Shown here: in pieces, positions 49,725 to 59,409 of the stretch | Numbering within the stretch: the stretch's first letter is position 1 | Layout of the letters: each line of letters begins with the position of its first letter | NCBI GenBank assembly: GCA_945903605.1 | Contig: CAMDOH010000006.1 | Location: forward strand, 1 to 60,041 | From: Akkermansia muciniphila | GTDB taxonomy: Bacteria; Verrucomicrobiota; Verrucomicrobiia; Limisphaerales; UBA1100 | Reading direction: 5' to 3' | Length of the DNA: 60,041 nt | The notes under the pieces: generated by a model | Database searches by the model: none | What the model saw: the letters and a program-made list of their open reading frames with translations, nothing else | Told to the model about the DNA's origin: nothing | Translations under genes and position numbers: made by a program

Positions 49725-50414
49725 ATGAAAGTGCCGCAGTCCATTTCCGTCGTCATCCCCGCGCTCAATGAGGCGGCGGAGATTTCTGAAACCCTCTTGC
49801 GCGCCCGCGCTGTGCCGGAGGTCTGCGAAATCATTCTCGTCGATGGCGGCAGTGCGGATGCCACGCGCGACCTCGCCGCCGCGCACGGCTGCATCGTGCT
49901 TCCCTGCGAACCGGGCCGAGGCCGCCAACTCCGACTCGGCGCGCAACAGGCGCGAGGCGATGTGGTGCTGCTGCTTCACGCCGATACGTGGCTGCCGCCG
50001 GAAGCCGGCCGCGCCGCGCTCGAATGCTTCACCGACACGCGAGTGGTCGCAGGCGGATTTTACAAACGTTTCCGTGATCCCCATCCGCTCATGCGCGGTT
50101 CACGCGCGCGCTGCTGGCTGCGCTGGTTTTTCTTTTCCCGCATGCTGGGCGATCAGGCGATGTTCATCCGGCGCGATGTGCTGGAAGCAATCGGCGGTGT
50201 GCCGGACGTGCCGCTCATGGAGGAATACGAGCTGCTCAAACACCTGCTCCCGCGGGGTCGCGTTGCGCTCGCGAGGAGCGTCGTCCGCACGAGCGCACGG
50301 CGTTTCCACGAGCGCGGCGTGCTGCGCACTTACTGGCGGATGGGCATCGTGACGGCGCGTTATTTCCTCGGCGCTTCGCCCGATGAATTGCGGCGCGCTT
50401 ACGAGAGACGGTAA
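49725..50414 (+). CDS. GT2 glycosyltransferase (TIGR04283-like)
   Basis: SVVIPALNEA, VDGGSAD, LLHADT, GDQAMF, LMEE, TSARRF. Confidence 0.88.
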   Translation: MKVPQSISVVIPALNEAAEISETLLRARAVPEVCEIILVDGGSADATRDLAAAHGCIVLPCEPGRGRQLRLGAQQARGDVVLLLHADTWLPPEAGRAALECFTDTRVVAGGFYKRFRDPHPLMRGSRARCWLRWFFFSRMLGDQAMFIRRDVLEAIGGVPDVPLMEEYELLKHLLPRGRVALARSVVRTSARRFHERGVLRTYWRMGIVTARYFLGASPDELRRAYERR

Positions 50415-50462
50415 GAGTTTCGCTTTGCCGCGCGCGCGCATTTGCGCGACATTGCCAGCGCC

Positions 50463-51569
50463 ATGTTCCGGCTCGGAAAACTTGAACTGGGTTCGAATCT
50501 GTTTCTCTCGCCACTGGCGGGATACACGAACCTGCCGTTCCGCCTCGTCATCCGCGAGGTCGGCGGCGTGGATCTTTGCACCACCGACCTCGTCAACGCG
50601 CGCTCGCTGCTCGAGAAAAACCGGAAGGCGCTTAAGCTCATCGAATCCAACGAACGCGACCGGCCGCTGGCGGTGCAGCTTTTCGGCAGCGTGCCCGAGG
50701 AGATGCGCGACGCGGCGCTGTATCTGGAATCGCTCGGGGTCGCGTCCATCGACATCAACATGGGCTGCCCCGTGCGCAAGGTCTGCCGCGTGGGCGGCGG
50801 CTCGGCGATGATGACGGAACATGAGAAGACCGCCGCGCTCGTGAAAGGGATGGTGGACGCGCTGAAAATTCCGGTGACGGCGAAGATGCGTCTGGGTTGG
50901 GACGATGAAAATCTCACCGCGCCGGAACTGGCCCGCGTGTTGGAAGGCGTCGGCGTCGCGGCCATTTTCGTTCATGGCCGGACGCGCGCGCAGGGTTTTT
51001 CTGGCGGCGTGAACCTCGCCGGCATTGCCGCCGTGGTGCGGGCGGTGAAAACGATTCCCGTCATCGGCAATGGCGATGTGACGACACCGCAGGCGGCGAA
51101 GATGATGTTCGAGGAAACCGGTTGCGCGGGAGTCTCCATCGGGCGCGGCGCGTTTTACAATCCGTGGATTTTCACTCACACGCGAGAGTTCATCGCGACG
51201 GGCCAATTGCCTTCCGAGCCGCCCTTTGATGAGCGCGTGCGCGTGATGCGGCGGCATCTGGATTTGATGGTCGAGGTTTTCGGCGAGCCGCTCGGCTGCA
51301 CGATGTTTCGCAAGATCGCGCCGTGGTATGCGAAGCGGTTTGGCCCGACAAGCGTGTTCAACAAACGCGTCGTGCAATTGAAGACCCGCGCGGAGTTCGA
51401 GGAAATCCTTGCCGAGTATGGCCTGTGGCGCGCGCAGTTCCTTGATGAGTCCGGCGCATTGTTGCCGCGTTTTCAGCCGCCGCCGATGGTCGCCTCCTTC
51501 GAGCGCGAGCCGGAAGTGGCCCAGCGCGTTTCCATCCCCGTGCCCAAAGGCCCGGTGGAAGTGTGGTGA
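50463..51569 (+). CDS. dusB: tRNA-dihydrouridine synthase
   Basis: PLAGYTN, VQLFG, DINMGCP, KMRLGW, VHGRTR, GNGDV, IGRG. Confidence 0.92.
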   Translation: MFRLGKLELGSNLFLSPLAGYTNLPFRLVIREVGGVDLCTTDLVNARSLLEKNRKALKLIESNERDRPLAVQLFGSVPEEMRDAALYLESLGVASIDINMGCPVRKVCRVGGGSAMMTEHEKTAALVKGMVDALKIPVTAKMRLGWDDENLTAPELARVLEGVGVAAIFVHGRTRAQGFSGGVNLAGIAAVVRAVKTIPVIGNGDVTTPQAAKMMFEETGCAGVSIGRGAFYNPWIFTHTREFIATGQLPSEPPFDERVRVMRRHLDLMVEVFGEPLGCTMFRKIAPWYAKRFGPTSVFNKRVVQLKTRAEFEEILAEYGLWRAQFLDESGALLPRFQPPPMVASFEREPEVAQRVSIPVPKGPVEVW

Positions 51570-51657
51570 GCACGATTTGCCCACTTGACTTGCGGGGGGT
51601 TTGCTTTTGCAATCGCCCTCCCTCGGCAAAAATGCCGGGCCAAAACTGAACACGACT

Positions 51658-52968
51658 ATGCCAAGCGCCTTCCCAAAAATCTCAACCATCCAATTTGAAG
51701 GGCCGACTTCGAAAAATCCCCTCGCCTTCAAGCACTACAACGCCGGCGAGAGGGTGGAGGGCAAAACCATGGCCGAGCATCTGCGATTCTCGGTCGTGTA
51801 CTGGCACACGATGCGCGGGGCGGGCGGCGACATGTTCGGCTGGGGCACGGCGCAACGCGCGTGGGAATTGGGTGAGGGCACCGTCGCGCAGGCGCAACAT
51901 CGCGCGCGCTGCTTCTTTGAATTCGTGGAAAAACTCGGCGCGCCCTATTACGCCTTTCACGATCGCGACGTGGCGCCGCACGGCAAGACGCTGCGCGAAT
52001 CGAACGCGTCGCTCGATGCCGTGGTGAAGGTGATGAAACAGGAGCAGAAGCGCAGCGGCGTGAAACTGCTGTGGGGCACAGCGCAGCTTTTTGTTCATCC
52101 GCGCTATTGCCACGGCGCGGCCACGAGCTGCGACGCGAATGTCTTCGCCTACGCCGCAGCGCAGGTGAAGAAAGCCATCGAAGTGACGCATGAATTGGGC
52201 GGCGAGGGCTACACGTTCTGGGGCGGTCGCGAGGGATACAGCACGCTGTGGAATACGGACATGAAGCGCGAGCTGGCGCATCTGGCGAAATTCCTGCACA
52301 TGGCCGTCGCGCACAAAAAGGCGATCGGCTTCAAGGGCCAGTTTTATATCGAGCCGAAGCCGAAGGAGCCGACCAAGCATCAGTACGACGCCGATGCCGC
52401 CGCCTGCCTGAACTTCCTGCGCGAATACGATCTCATCGATCATCTCAAGCTCAACCTCGAGACCAACCACGCCACGCTCGCCGGGCACACGATGCAGCAC
52501 GAAATGGAAGTCGCCGGCGCAGCGGGCGCGCTGGGCAGCATCGACGCCAACACTGGCGACCTCATGCTCGGCTGGGACACCGATCAATTCCCCACCGACC
52601 TTTATCTCACCACGCAGTGCATGTTGAGCCTCTTGAAATATGGCGGGCTGAAAACGGGCGGGGTCAACTTCGACGCCAAAGTGCGCCGCGAAAGTTTCGA
52701 GCCGGTGGATCTTTTTCACGCGCACATCGGCGGCATGGACGCCTTTGCGCGCGGCTTGAAAATCGCCGCGGCCATCCGTGCCGACGGCCGCCTCGCTGAT
52801 TTCGTGAAGCATCGTTACCGCAGTTGGGACTCGGGCCTCGGCAAAGAAATCGAGCTGGGCAAGGTCGGTTTCAAACAACTCGAAGCGCACGCCCTCAAGC
52901 ATGGCGAACCGAAACTGGAAAGCGGCCGCCAGGAATTCCTGGAAAACCTCATCAACGATTTTATCTGA
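51658..52968 (+). CDS. xylA: Xylose isomerase (class II)
   Basis: [47 protein letters not shown]. Confidence 0.97.
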   Translation: MPSAFPKISTIQFEGPTSKNPLAFKHYNAGERVEGKTMAEHLRFSVVYWHTMRGAGGDMFGWGTAQRAWELGEGTVAQAQHRARCFFEFVEKLGAPYYAFHDRDVAPHGKTLRESNASLDAVVKVMKQEQKRSGVKLLWGTAQLFVHPRYCHGAATSCDANVFAYAAAQVKKAIEVTHELGGEGYTFWGGREGYSTLWNTDMKRELAHLAKFLHMAVAHKKAIGFKGQFYIEPKPKEPTKHQYDADAAACLNFLREYDLIDHLKLNLETNHATLAGHTMQHEMEVAGAAGALGSIDANTGDLMLGWDTDQFPTDLYLTTQCMLSLLKYGGLKTGGVNFDAKVRRESFEPVDLFHAHIGGMDAFARGLKIAAAIRADGRLADFVKHRYRSWDSGLGKEIELGKVGFKQLEAHALKHGEPKLESGRQEFLENLINDFI

Positions 52969-52977
52969 TCCGCTCCT

Positions 52978-54678
52978 TCAGTCGGTGCTGAATCGGAGGG
53001 TGATCGTGGTGCCATGGCCGGGCGCCGACTGGATTTCCATGCGGCCGTGATGCTCGTGCGTCACTCGCTGCACGATACGCAGCCCGATGCCTGTGCCGCC
53101 GGGTTTGGTGGTTTTGAGCAGGGGCGAGAGCGCCGCGGTCTGTTGTTCGGCGGTCATCCCGTGGCCGCTGTCGGCCACTTGCAGAACGATCTCGCCCGCG
53201 CTGCGATCCCAAGCCGTGTGAATGGCGAGCTTGCCGCCGTTCGGCATGGCGTCGACAGCGTTGAGAATTAAATTCAGCAACGCTTGGGCAATCTGCGTGG
53301 CATCGGCATGAAGCGCGGGCAATTCATCGGAGAGGCTGTGATTCAGCTCGATCGCGAGATGGGAGAGTTTGTGCCGCACTAGGAGGCAGACTTCGCCGAC
53401 CAACTTGTTTAAGTCTGTTTCTGCAAGATGAGGCTCGGCGTTTCTGGCAAAGCCAACGATGCGCTCGACCATCTGGTTCAAGTGATCGATTTTCTCCGTG
53501 ATCAGCCGCGCGTCTTGATGGCGCGGATCGCCGTCGGCAAACCGGAGGTCGAGCGAATGAAACAGCATTTTCATCACCGCGAGTGGATTGCGGATTTCAT
53601 GCGCCACTTCGGCAGCGAGCAGCCCGAGGGCGGAGAGCTGTTCGTTGCGTCGCAGTTGCTCTTCGACATCGACGACTCTTTCGTAAAGCTGCGCCTTGTC
53701 GAGTGCGACGGCGGAAAGATCGGCCAAGGCAATCAGCACGCGCACCTCTTCATTGGAAAAGGTGTGCGGGCGATCGGTGTAGACACTGAGCGTTCCCAGA
53801 CACTGCGCATTGCGCAACAGCGGCACACTGAGCAGCGAGACAATCCCCTCCTGCCGCGCCATCTCGCGATGTTGATATTGCGGAGAGGTCTGGATGTTCT
53901 CGACTTGAATAGGCTTTTGTCGCCGAACAACCGTCCCCAACAAACTTTCGCCCAGCGGCAATGGAGGCAGCGAGCGGTAACTCTCGCCGCCGCCGTGGAC
54001 CGACAGCATGTCCAGATGGTCGTTGCCGATCATGTGGAGCGACGCCATTCGGGCGCCGAGCAATCCGGCTGCCTCGCGCGTGACAACGTGCAGGGTTTCT
54101 TCACGGTTCAGCGCCGAGTTGAGAGCGCGGCCGACACCGGCGAGCGATTCAAGCAATCGCGTGCGCGCCCGCAGTTGCTCGTAAAGCCAGGTGTTGTGGA
54201 TGACCTGCGCCGCTTGTGCGGCGAGCGCTTCGAGCAATTCTTGATCCGCCTCATTGAAGGCATCGAGCCGGTCGGCATCCACGTTGAGCGTGCCGCGCAC
54301 TTCGCCATTCATGCGGATGGGCACGGCGAGTTCCGACTTCACCTCGGCGCACACGGAGACATAACGACGATCCTTCGCCACATCGGGCACGCAAGCCGAT
54401 TGTCCCGATTGCACGACCCAGCCGGTGATGCCTTCGCCGACGCGCATTTTTATGGCGCGCATCGGTTCGGGCAAATTCCACGCCGCCTCAATATCGAGCA
54501 GTCCCGTTGTTGGGTTCAACATCGCCAGCGAGCCGCTCGTGGCGCCCACCAACTGCGCAGCTTCATGAACCAGCAGATCCAGCGCGGCAGCGGGATCGAG
54601 CGAGGCGTGTATCGCGTGGCTGATAGCGTACAGCCGCTCCAGCCGCGCATACCGGTCTGCATGTGGGCTTGAGGTCAT
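52978..54678 (-). CDS. Cytoplasmic GAF-GAF sensor histidine kinase
   Basis: Two GAF domains; AHEIRNPL, NLILNAVDAM, DSGHG, GTGIGL. Confidence 0.92.
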   Translation of the reverse strand: MTSSPHADRYARLERLYAISHAIHASLDPAAALDLLVHEAAQLVGATSGSLAMLNPTTGLLDIEAAWNLPEPMRAIKMRVGEGITGWVVQSGQSACVPDVAKDRRYVSVCAEVKSELAVPIRMNGEVRGTLNVDADRLDAFNEADQELLEALAAQAAQVIHNTWLYEQLRARTRLLESLAGVGRALNSALNREETLHVVTREAAGLLGARMASLHMIGNDHLDMLSVHGGGESYRSLPPLPLGESLLGTVVRRQKPIQVENIQTSPQYQHREMARQEGIVSLLSVPLLRNAQCLGTLSVYTDRPHTFSNEEVRVLIALADLSAVALDKAQLYERVVDVEEQLRRNEQLSALGLLAAEVAHEIRNPLAVMKMLFHSLDLRFADGDPRHQDARLITEKIDHLNQMVERIVGFARNAEPHLAETDLNKLVGEVCLLVRHKLSHLAIELNHSLSDELPALHADATQIAQALLNLILNAVDAMPNGGKLAIHTAWDRSAGEIVLQVADSGHGMTAEQQTAALSPLLKTTKPGGTGIGLRIVQRVTHEHHGRMEIQSAPGHGTTITLRFSTD

Positions 54679-54684
54679 GTAGGG

Positions 54685-55830
54685 TCAGCTCATGCGCCGC
54701 ACTAGAAATATCCCCGCGCCGCCGAACAAGATGTTGGGCGTCCACGCCGCCACTGCCGGAATGAGCGCGGGCAACCACGGGAGTTGTGTCGCGATGGATT
54801 CGGGCACGATGACGCCCGCGCCAATGATCATCGCGTAGACTTGGAGTGCAAAATAGGCGAACCCGATTCCGATGCTGGCAGCGACGCCTGCCATCACGTT
54901 CCTCCTCCCCGGCGCTGCGGCAAATGGAATCGCCACCAGAATGACGACGAGGCACTGGACGGGTTGCGCCCATCGGCCGTGCCAATACAAAGTGAGTTGC
55001 GCGGCGCGTTCGGGATCCATCGTTTTGTGTCGCCGCTGATAGTCGCGGATGTCGCGCAAGCTCAGGTGCGGATTGAAAACGAATCTCTTGGCGAGCGTGC
55101 TGATTTTCATCTCTGTGCGAATCTGGCCCGGTGTGCAATCGAGATGGCTCAGACTCAGCCGATTCGTGGTGGTGATCTCCGGCAAATCCAATTCCGGCGG
55201 GCGATAGATGTGCAGCTTCACTTTCTGAAATTCCCAGGCGTCGCCCTTCCATGCGCCTGTCTCGGCGATGAGCCAGTGCTTCATCCCCTCGTTCCAGTAT
55301 TCAATGTCCACGCGCCGCAACTCTCCGGTCTGCTCATTGATCGAGCCGATGCGCCACCATTGATTGCGTGTCTCGTCGCGAAAATGGACGTTGTGGCGCC
55401 ATTGCTGCTCCGTCGCCGCTCGTCGTCCCCCGAGAATTCGTTCGATCCGTTCTTGCCCGATCGGCTCGACGATTTCTGTGAAGGCAAACAAGGTGACGGC
55501 GCAAACCAGTCCCACGGCAAAGATGGGCGCGCAGAGTCGCCACTGACTGAATCCCACGCTGCGCAAGGCGACCCATTCGTTGTGGCGCGTCATTTCGCCG
55601 AAGGTGTACAGCGCAGCCATGAGCAGCGCCACGGGCATAATCACGCCGAGCAACTCCGGCATTTTCCAGAGGTACAACCCCATCACTTCGATGACGGAAA
55701 GTTTGAGCCGCCGGTAAACTTCCAGTTGCGCAAATAGATCAACAGCCATCCAGAAAATCTGGAATCCTGCCAAGCAATACGCGAACGGCGCGAGCAATTC
55801 GCGGAGAATATGCCGATCCACAAGCCGCAT
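54685..55830 (-). CDS. lptG: LPS export permease, LptF/LptG family
   Basis: DRHILRE, NEWVALRSVG, periplasmic jellyroll, AWTPNILF. Confidence 0.85.
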   Translation of the reverse strand: MRLVDRHILRELLAPFAYCLAGFQIFWMAVDLFAQLEVYRRLKLSVIEVMGLYLWKMPELLGVIMPVALLMAALYTFGEMTRHNEWVALRSVGFSQWRLCAPIFAVGLVCAVTLFAFTEIVEPIGQERIERILGGRRAATEQQWRHNVHFRDETRNQWWRIGSINEQTGELRRVDIEYWNEGMKHWLIAETGAWKGDAWEFQKVKLHIYRPPELDLPEITTTNRLSLSHLDCTPGQIRTEMKISTLAKRFVFNPHLSLRDIRDYQRRHKTMDPERAAQLTLYWHGRWAQPVQCLVVILVAIPFAAAPGRRNVMAGVAASIGIGFAYFALQVYAMIIGAGVIVPESIATQLPWLPALIPAVAAWTPNILFGGAGIFLVRRMS

Positions 55831-55878
55831 GGGCGCGCAGGTTACTTGGCCGCAGAGTTCGAGGCAAGCGAGGTGAGC

Positions 55879-55913
55879 TTGTTCGCTGGCTTGCGGTGTC
55901 GTAGGGTCGCCCC
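55879..55913 (+). promoter_or_regulatory. Putative promoter for a leaderless mrp mRNA
   Basis: TTGTTC-N17-TAGGGT, then 6 nt to ATG 55914. Confidence 0.45.
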
Positions 55914-56945
55914 ATGCTCTATGAGGAACAGGTTCGTGATGCTTTGAAATCGGTGAAGTACCCCGGTTTCTCGCGTGACATCATTTCGTTCGGGCTCGTC
56001 AAATCGATTTCCGTCAAGGACGGCACCGTGCAGATTGATGTGGAGTTGACGACGCCCAATGCCGACACCGCCGCGCAATTGAAAGCCGAATGCGAGCAAG
56101 TGGTGTCCGCACTGCCGGGCGCGAACCGCGTCCTCGTTCAAGTGCGCCCCTCGCGCACCATCGCTGCCGGCCTCCAGCAACGCAGCACCGGCATTCCGGG
56201 CATCGCGCGTGTGATCGCCATCGCCAGCGGCAAAGGCGGCGTTGGCAAAAGTACTTGCTCGGTGAATCTCGCTTGCGCGCTGGCGATGAGCGGCGCGAGC
56301 GTGGGCCTGCTGGATTGTGACATTTACGGCCCCAGCATTCCGTTGATGATGGGCGTGACGGGCCGACCCGAAATCAGCGACACCGAAAAACTGGTGCCGC
56401 TCAATCAATACGGCGTGCGCCTGATGAGCATGGGATTTCTACTCGATGGCGATCAGCCTGTGATTTGGCGCGGCCCGATGATCGTGAAAACGATCCAGCA
56501 ATTCATTCATCAAGTGGATTGGGGCCAACTCGACTATCTGCTCGTCGATCTGCCGCCGGGCACGGGCGACGCCCAGCTCACACTTTGCCAAACCGTGCCA
56601 CTGGACGGCGGCGTCATTGTGACCACACCGCAGGAAGCCTCGCTGGGAGTCGTCCGAAAAGGCATCAACATGTTCAAAAAGGTCAACGTGCCCATCTTGG
56701 GCATCATCGAAAACATGAGCCACTTCACGCTGCCCAATGGTGAACGAATCCACATCTTTGGCGACGGTGGCGGACGCCTGGAGGCGGCCAAGCAGGACGT
56801 GCCATTTCTGGGCGAAATTCCCCTGTTCCAAGAAATCCGCGTGGGTGGCGATGCGGGCTTGCCCGTGGCCTTCTCACATGCCGACAAGCCACAGGGCCAA
56901 GCGTTTCATGCCGTCGCAAAAGCCCTGCGTTCGCTGCTCGTTTGA
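55914..56945 (+). CDS. mrp: Mrp/NBP35/ApbC Fe-S carrier ATPase with N-terminal DUF59-like domain
   Basis: SGKGGVGKST, DIYGPS, WRGPM, DLPPGTGD, ENMS. Confidence 0.93.
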   Translation: MLYEEQVRDALKSVKYPGFSRDIISFGLVKSISVKDGTVQIDVELTTPNADTAAQLKAECEQVVSALPGANRVLVQVRPSRTIAAGLQQRSTGIPGIARVIAIASGKGGVGKSTCSVNLACALAMSGASVGLLDCDIYGPSIPLMMGVTGRPEISDTEKLVPLNQYGVRLMSMGFLLDGDQPVIWRGPMIVKTIQQFIHQVDWGQLDYLLVDLPPGTGDAQLTLCQTVPLDGGVIVTTPQEASLGVVRKGINMFKKVNVPILGIIENMSHFTLPNGERIHIFGDGGGRLEAAKQDVPFLGEIPLFQEIRVGGDAGLPVAFSHADKPQGQAFHAVAKALRSLLV

Positions 56946-57022
56946 TGCCGTTGCTGGCGCCGGATGCAGAACTAATGTATTGTTTTTACGACGGGAATGG
57001 TTATTGCTGTGTTGAGTAGGTT

Positions 57023-57241
57023 ATGGCGACTGCCGATACATCTTCCGGAGCGCGAGCGATGTTGGAGAAATCCTCCCTTTATCAGGAATTCTTGGCGGAG
57101 CGTGAGGAAATCCTCCGCCACAAGTGGCTGGAATCCGAAAAAGCCGGGTGCGATGTCGGAATGGACACGGCGCTCACCAACTGGATGTTTCATCACCGCT
57201 CCAAGTGGCGCAAGGAACGGAAGAAGCGCGGCGTGAATTAG
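57023..57241 (+). CDS. Small DUF4032-like protein
   Basis: EILRHKWLESEKAGCDVG..AL..W pattern. Confidence 0.75.
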   Translation: MATADTSSGARAMLEKSSLYQEFLAEREEILRHKWLESEKAGCDVGMDTALTNWMFHHRSKWRKERKKRGVN

Positions 57242-57249
57242 CCCAAGAG

Positions 57250-57345
57250 TCCTTTAAGGCGATCCTGCGAGGTCGCCAAGGATGAACATGAATCAAAGCA
57301 CACAACCGATGACGGGCGGGCCGAAATGGCACGGCCCGATTTTTT
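57250..57345 (+). promoter_or_regulatory. PyrR-binding attenuator leader (binding hairpin plus terminator)
   Basis: TCCTTTAA-GGCGATCCTGCGAGGTCGCC-AAGGA matches the PyrR CUUUAA/RUCCnGnGAGG consensus; lies directly upstream of pyrR-pyrB. Confidence 0.85.
57317..57345 (+). terminator. Intrinsic terminator of the pyr attenuator
   Basis: CGGGCCG-AAATGGCA-CGGCCCG then ATTTTTT. Confidence 0.75.
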
Positions 57346-57879
57346 ATGCCCGCATCTAAACTCATTCTCGACGGCCCCGCCATCGCGCGCGCGCTCACCC
57401 GCATCGCGCATGAGATCAACGAGCGCAATGCCGATCCCGCCGCCGTGGCGCTCGTCGGCATCCAGCGTGGCGGCGTGCATGTCGCCCGCAGGCTTGCTGC
57501 GCAGCTGCAGCAGATCTGGGGCAGGCCCGTGCCGGTGGGCATTCTCGATGTCACCATGCACCGCGACGATCTGCATCAACAGCTCGCGCCGGAAGTTCAC
57601 CCGACAGAGATCCCCTTTGATCCGCAGGACAAGACGCTCGTGCTAGTCGATGATGTCGTCTTTCACGGCCGCACCATCCGCGCCGCGCTCGATGCGTTGA
57701 TTGATTTTGGCCGCCCCGCGCGCATCCAACTCGCGGCCCTCATCGATCGCGGCCATCGCGAATTGCCCATCAAGCCGGATTTCGTCGGCAAGAATCTCCC
57801 CACGGAGCCGGCCGACCGCGTCGTCGTCAAGCTCCTCGAAGCCGATGGCGAGGACGGTGTTTATCTCGAACGCCCATGA
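57346..57879 (+). CDS. pyrR: Pyrimidine attenuation regulator / uracil phosphoribosyltransferase
   Basis: [37 protein letters not shown]. Confidence 0.96.
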   Translation: MPASKLILDGPAIARALTRIAHEINERNADPAAVALVGIQRGGVHVARRLAAQLQQIWGRPVPVGILDVTMHRDDLHQQLAPEVHPTEIPFDPQDKTLVLVDDVVFHGRTIRAALDALIDFGRPARIQLAALIDRGHRELPIKPDFVGKNLPTEPADRVVVKLLEADGEDGVYLERP

Positions 57880-58817
57880 ACTGGCCCCACAAACATCTGC
57901 TCGATATTGAATCGCTCACGCCCGAGCAAATCACTGCCGTGCTCGACACCGCCCGCGCCTTCAAAGCCGTCGGCGAACGCACCATCAAAAAGGTGCCCGC
58001 CCTGCGCGGTAAAACCGTGGTGAATTTTTTCGTTGAGCCGAGCACGCGCACGCGCATCAGTTTCGAGCTGGCGGCTCAACGCCTCTCGGCGGACATCATC
58101 AATTTTTCCGCCGATGCCTCGTCCTTCAAGAAAGGCGAGACGCTCAAGGACACCGCGCGCAATCTCGAGGCGCTCAATGCCGACATCATCGTCATCCGCC
58201 ACGCGGCCAGCGGCGCGCCCCATTTCCTCTCGCGCGTCGTGCAGTCGGCCATCGTCAACGCCGGCGACGGCGCGCACGAGCATCCCACACAGGCGCTGCT
58301 CGACACCTTCACCATCCGCGAGAAAAAGGGCCGCATCGCCGGGCTCAACGTCACCATCCTCGGCGACATTCTCTACAGCCGCGTGGCGCGCTCCAACATC
58401 TGGGCGCTCACGAAATTGGGCGCGCGCGTCACCCTCTGCGGCCCCAGCACACTCGTCCCCCGGGTGTTTGAACAAATGGGCTGCCGCGTGACGCATCGCG
58501 TGGACGAAGCCCTCGCCGATGCCGATGTCATCAACCTGCTTCGCATCCAGCACGAGCGGCAGCGGCAGACGATGTTCCCGAGCCTGGGCGAATACACGAG
58601 TCTCTTTGGCCTCACCAAGGCGCGCTTTGCCCGCATCAAGCCCGACGCGTTGATCATGCATCCGGGCCCCATCAATCGCGGTGTGGAGATCGATAGCGAA
58701 GTGGCCGACGGCCCGCGCTCGGTGATCCTCGAGCAGGTGACCAACGGCATCGCCGTGCGGATGGCCGTGCTTTATCTGGTGAGTGGCGGCAAGGGCGCGG
58801 CAGAAATCGCAAGCTGA
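57876..58817 (+). CDS. pyrB: Aspartate carbamoyltransferase catalytic subunit
   Basis: [29 protein letters not shown]. Confidence 0.97.
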   Translation: MNWPHKHLLDIESLTPEQITAVLDTARAFKAVGERTIKKVPALRGKTVVNFFVEPSTRTRISFELAAQRLSADIINFSADASSFKKGETLKDTARNLEALNADIIVIRHAASGAPHFLSRVVQSAIVNAGDGAHEHPTQALLDTFTIREKKGRIAGLNVTILGDILYSRVARSNIWALTKLGARVTLCGPSTLVPRVFEQMGCRVTHRVDEALADADVINLLRIQHERQRQTMFPSLGEYTSLFGLTKARFARIKPDALIMHPGPINRGVEIDSEVADGPRSVILEQVTNGIAVRMAVLYLVSGGKGAAEIAS

Positions 58818-58832
58818 TCGCTCGCGGACGAA

Positions 58833-59408
58833 TCAAAGCCGCCTGGCGAGTTCGGCTGCGCTCGCGGCAAAGACTTCTTTGTGCAGTGAGCCTCCATGGG
58901 AATCCATCGTGACCACGGCGGGGAAATTCTCGACCGCCAGCTCCCAAATCGCTTCCGGGCTGCCAAACTCCGCCAGAAAATAAACTGCGCGCACCTGCTT
59001 CACGCACTCGGCCAAAACCTGCGCCGCACCGCCAATGGCATGCAGATAAACACAGCCGTCGGCCTGGCACGCCGCCAATGTTTTCTCGCCCAATCCCCCT
59101 TTGCCAATCACGGCGCGCACGCCAAATTTGTGGATGATGTCGCCTTGGTACGGCTCCTCGCGAATGCTCGTGGTGGGGCCGGCCGCTGTGCAATTCCATG
59201 AGCCATCGGGTTGCTTCATCATCACCGGACCGCAGTGATAAATGATCCCGTCGCGCAGATTCACCTCCGGTGGCAGCGCGCCGCCTTCGTGCAAATATTT
59301 GTGCACCACATCGCGTCCGGTGAAAATAATCCCGCTAATGGCAACCGCATCGCCGACTTTCAGCGCACGAATCTGTTCCTCTGAAATGGGCGTCTTGAGC
59401 GGCGTCAT
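58833..59408 (-). CDS. Fe-S fumarate/tartrate hydratase, beta subunit
   Basis: TGRD..H, YHCGP, AGPTTS.R, IGKGG, PEAIW, MDSHG. Confidence 0.9.
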   Translation of the reverse strand: MTPLKTPISEEQIRALKVGDAVAISGIIFTGRDVVHKYLHEGGALPPEVNLRDGIIYHCGPVMMKQPDGSWNCTAAGPTTSIREEPYQGDIIHKFGVRAVIGKGGLGEKTLAACQADGCVYLHAIGGAAQVLAECVKQVRAVYFLAEFGSPEAIWELAVENFPAVVTMDSHGGSLHKEVFAASAAELARRL

Positions 59409-59409
59409 G

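Noticed and set aside
48393-54672. Long antisense ORFs (563, 543, 406 and 414 aa)
   Set aside because: They shadow well-supported genes on the opposite strand and have no motifs; expected with high GC3.
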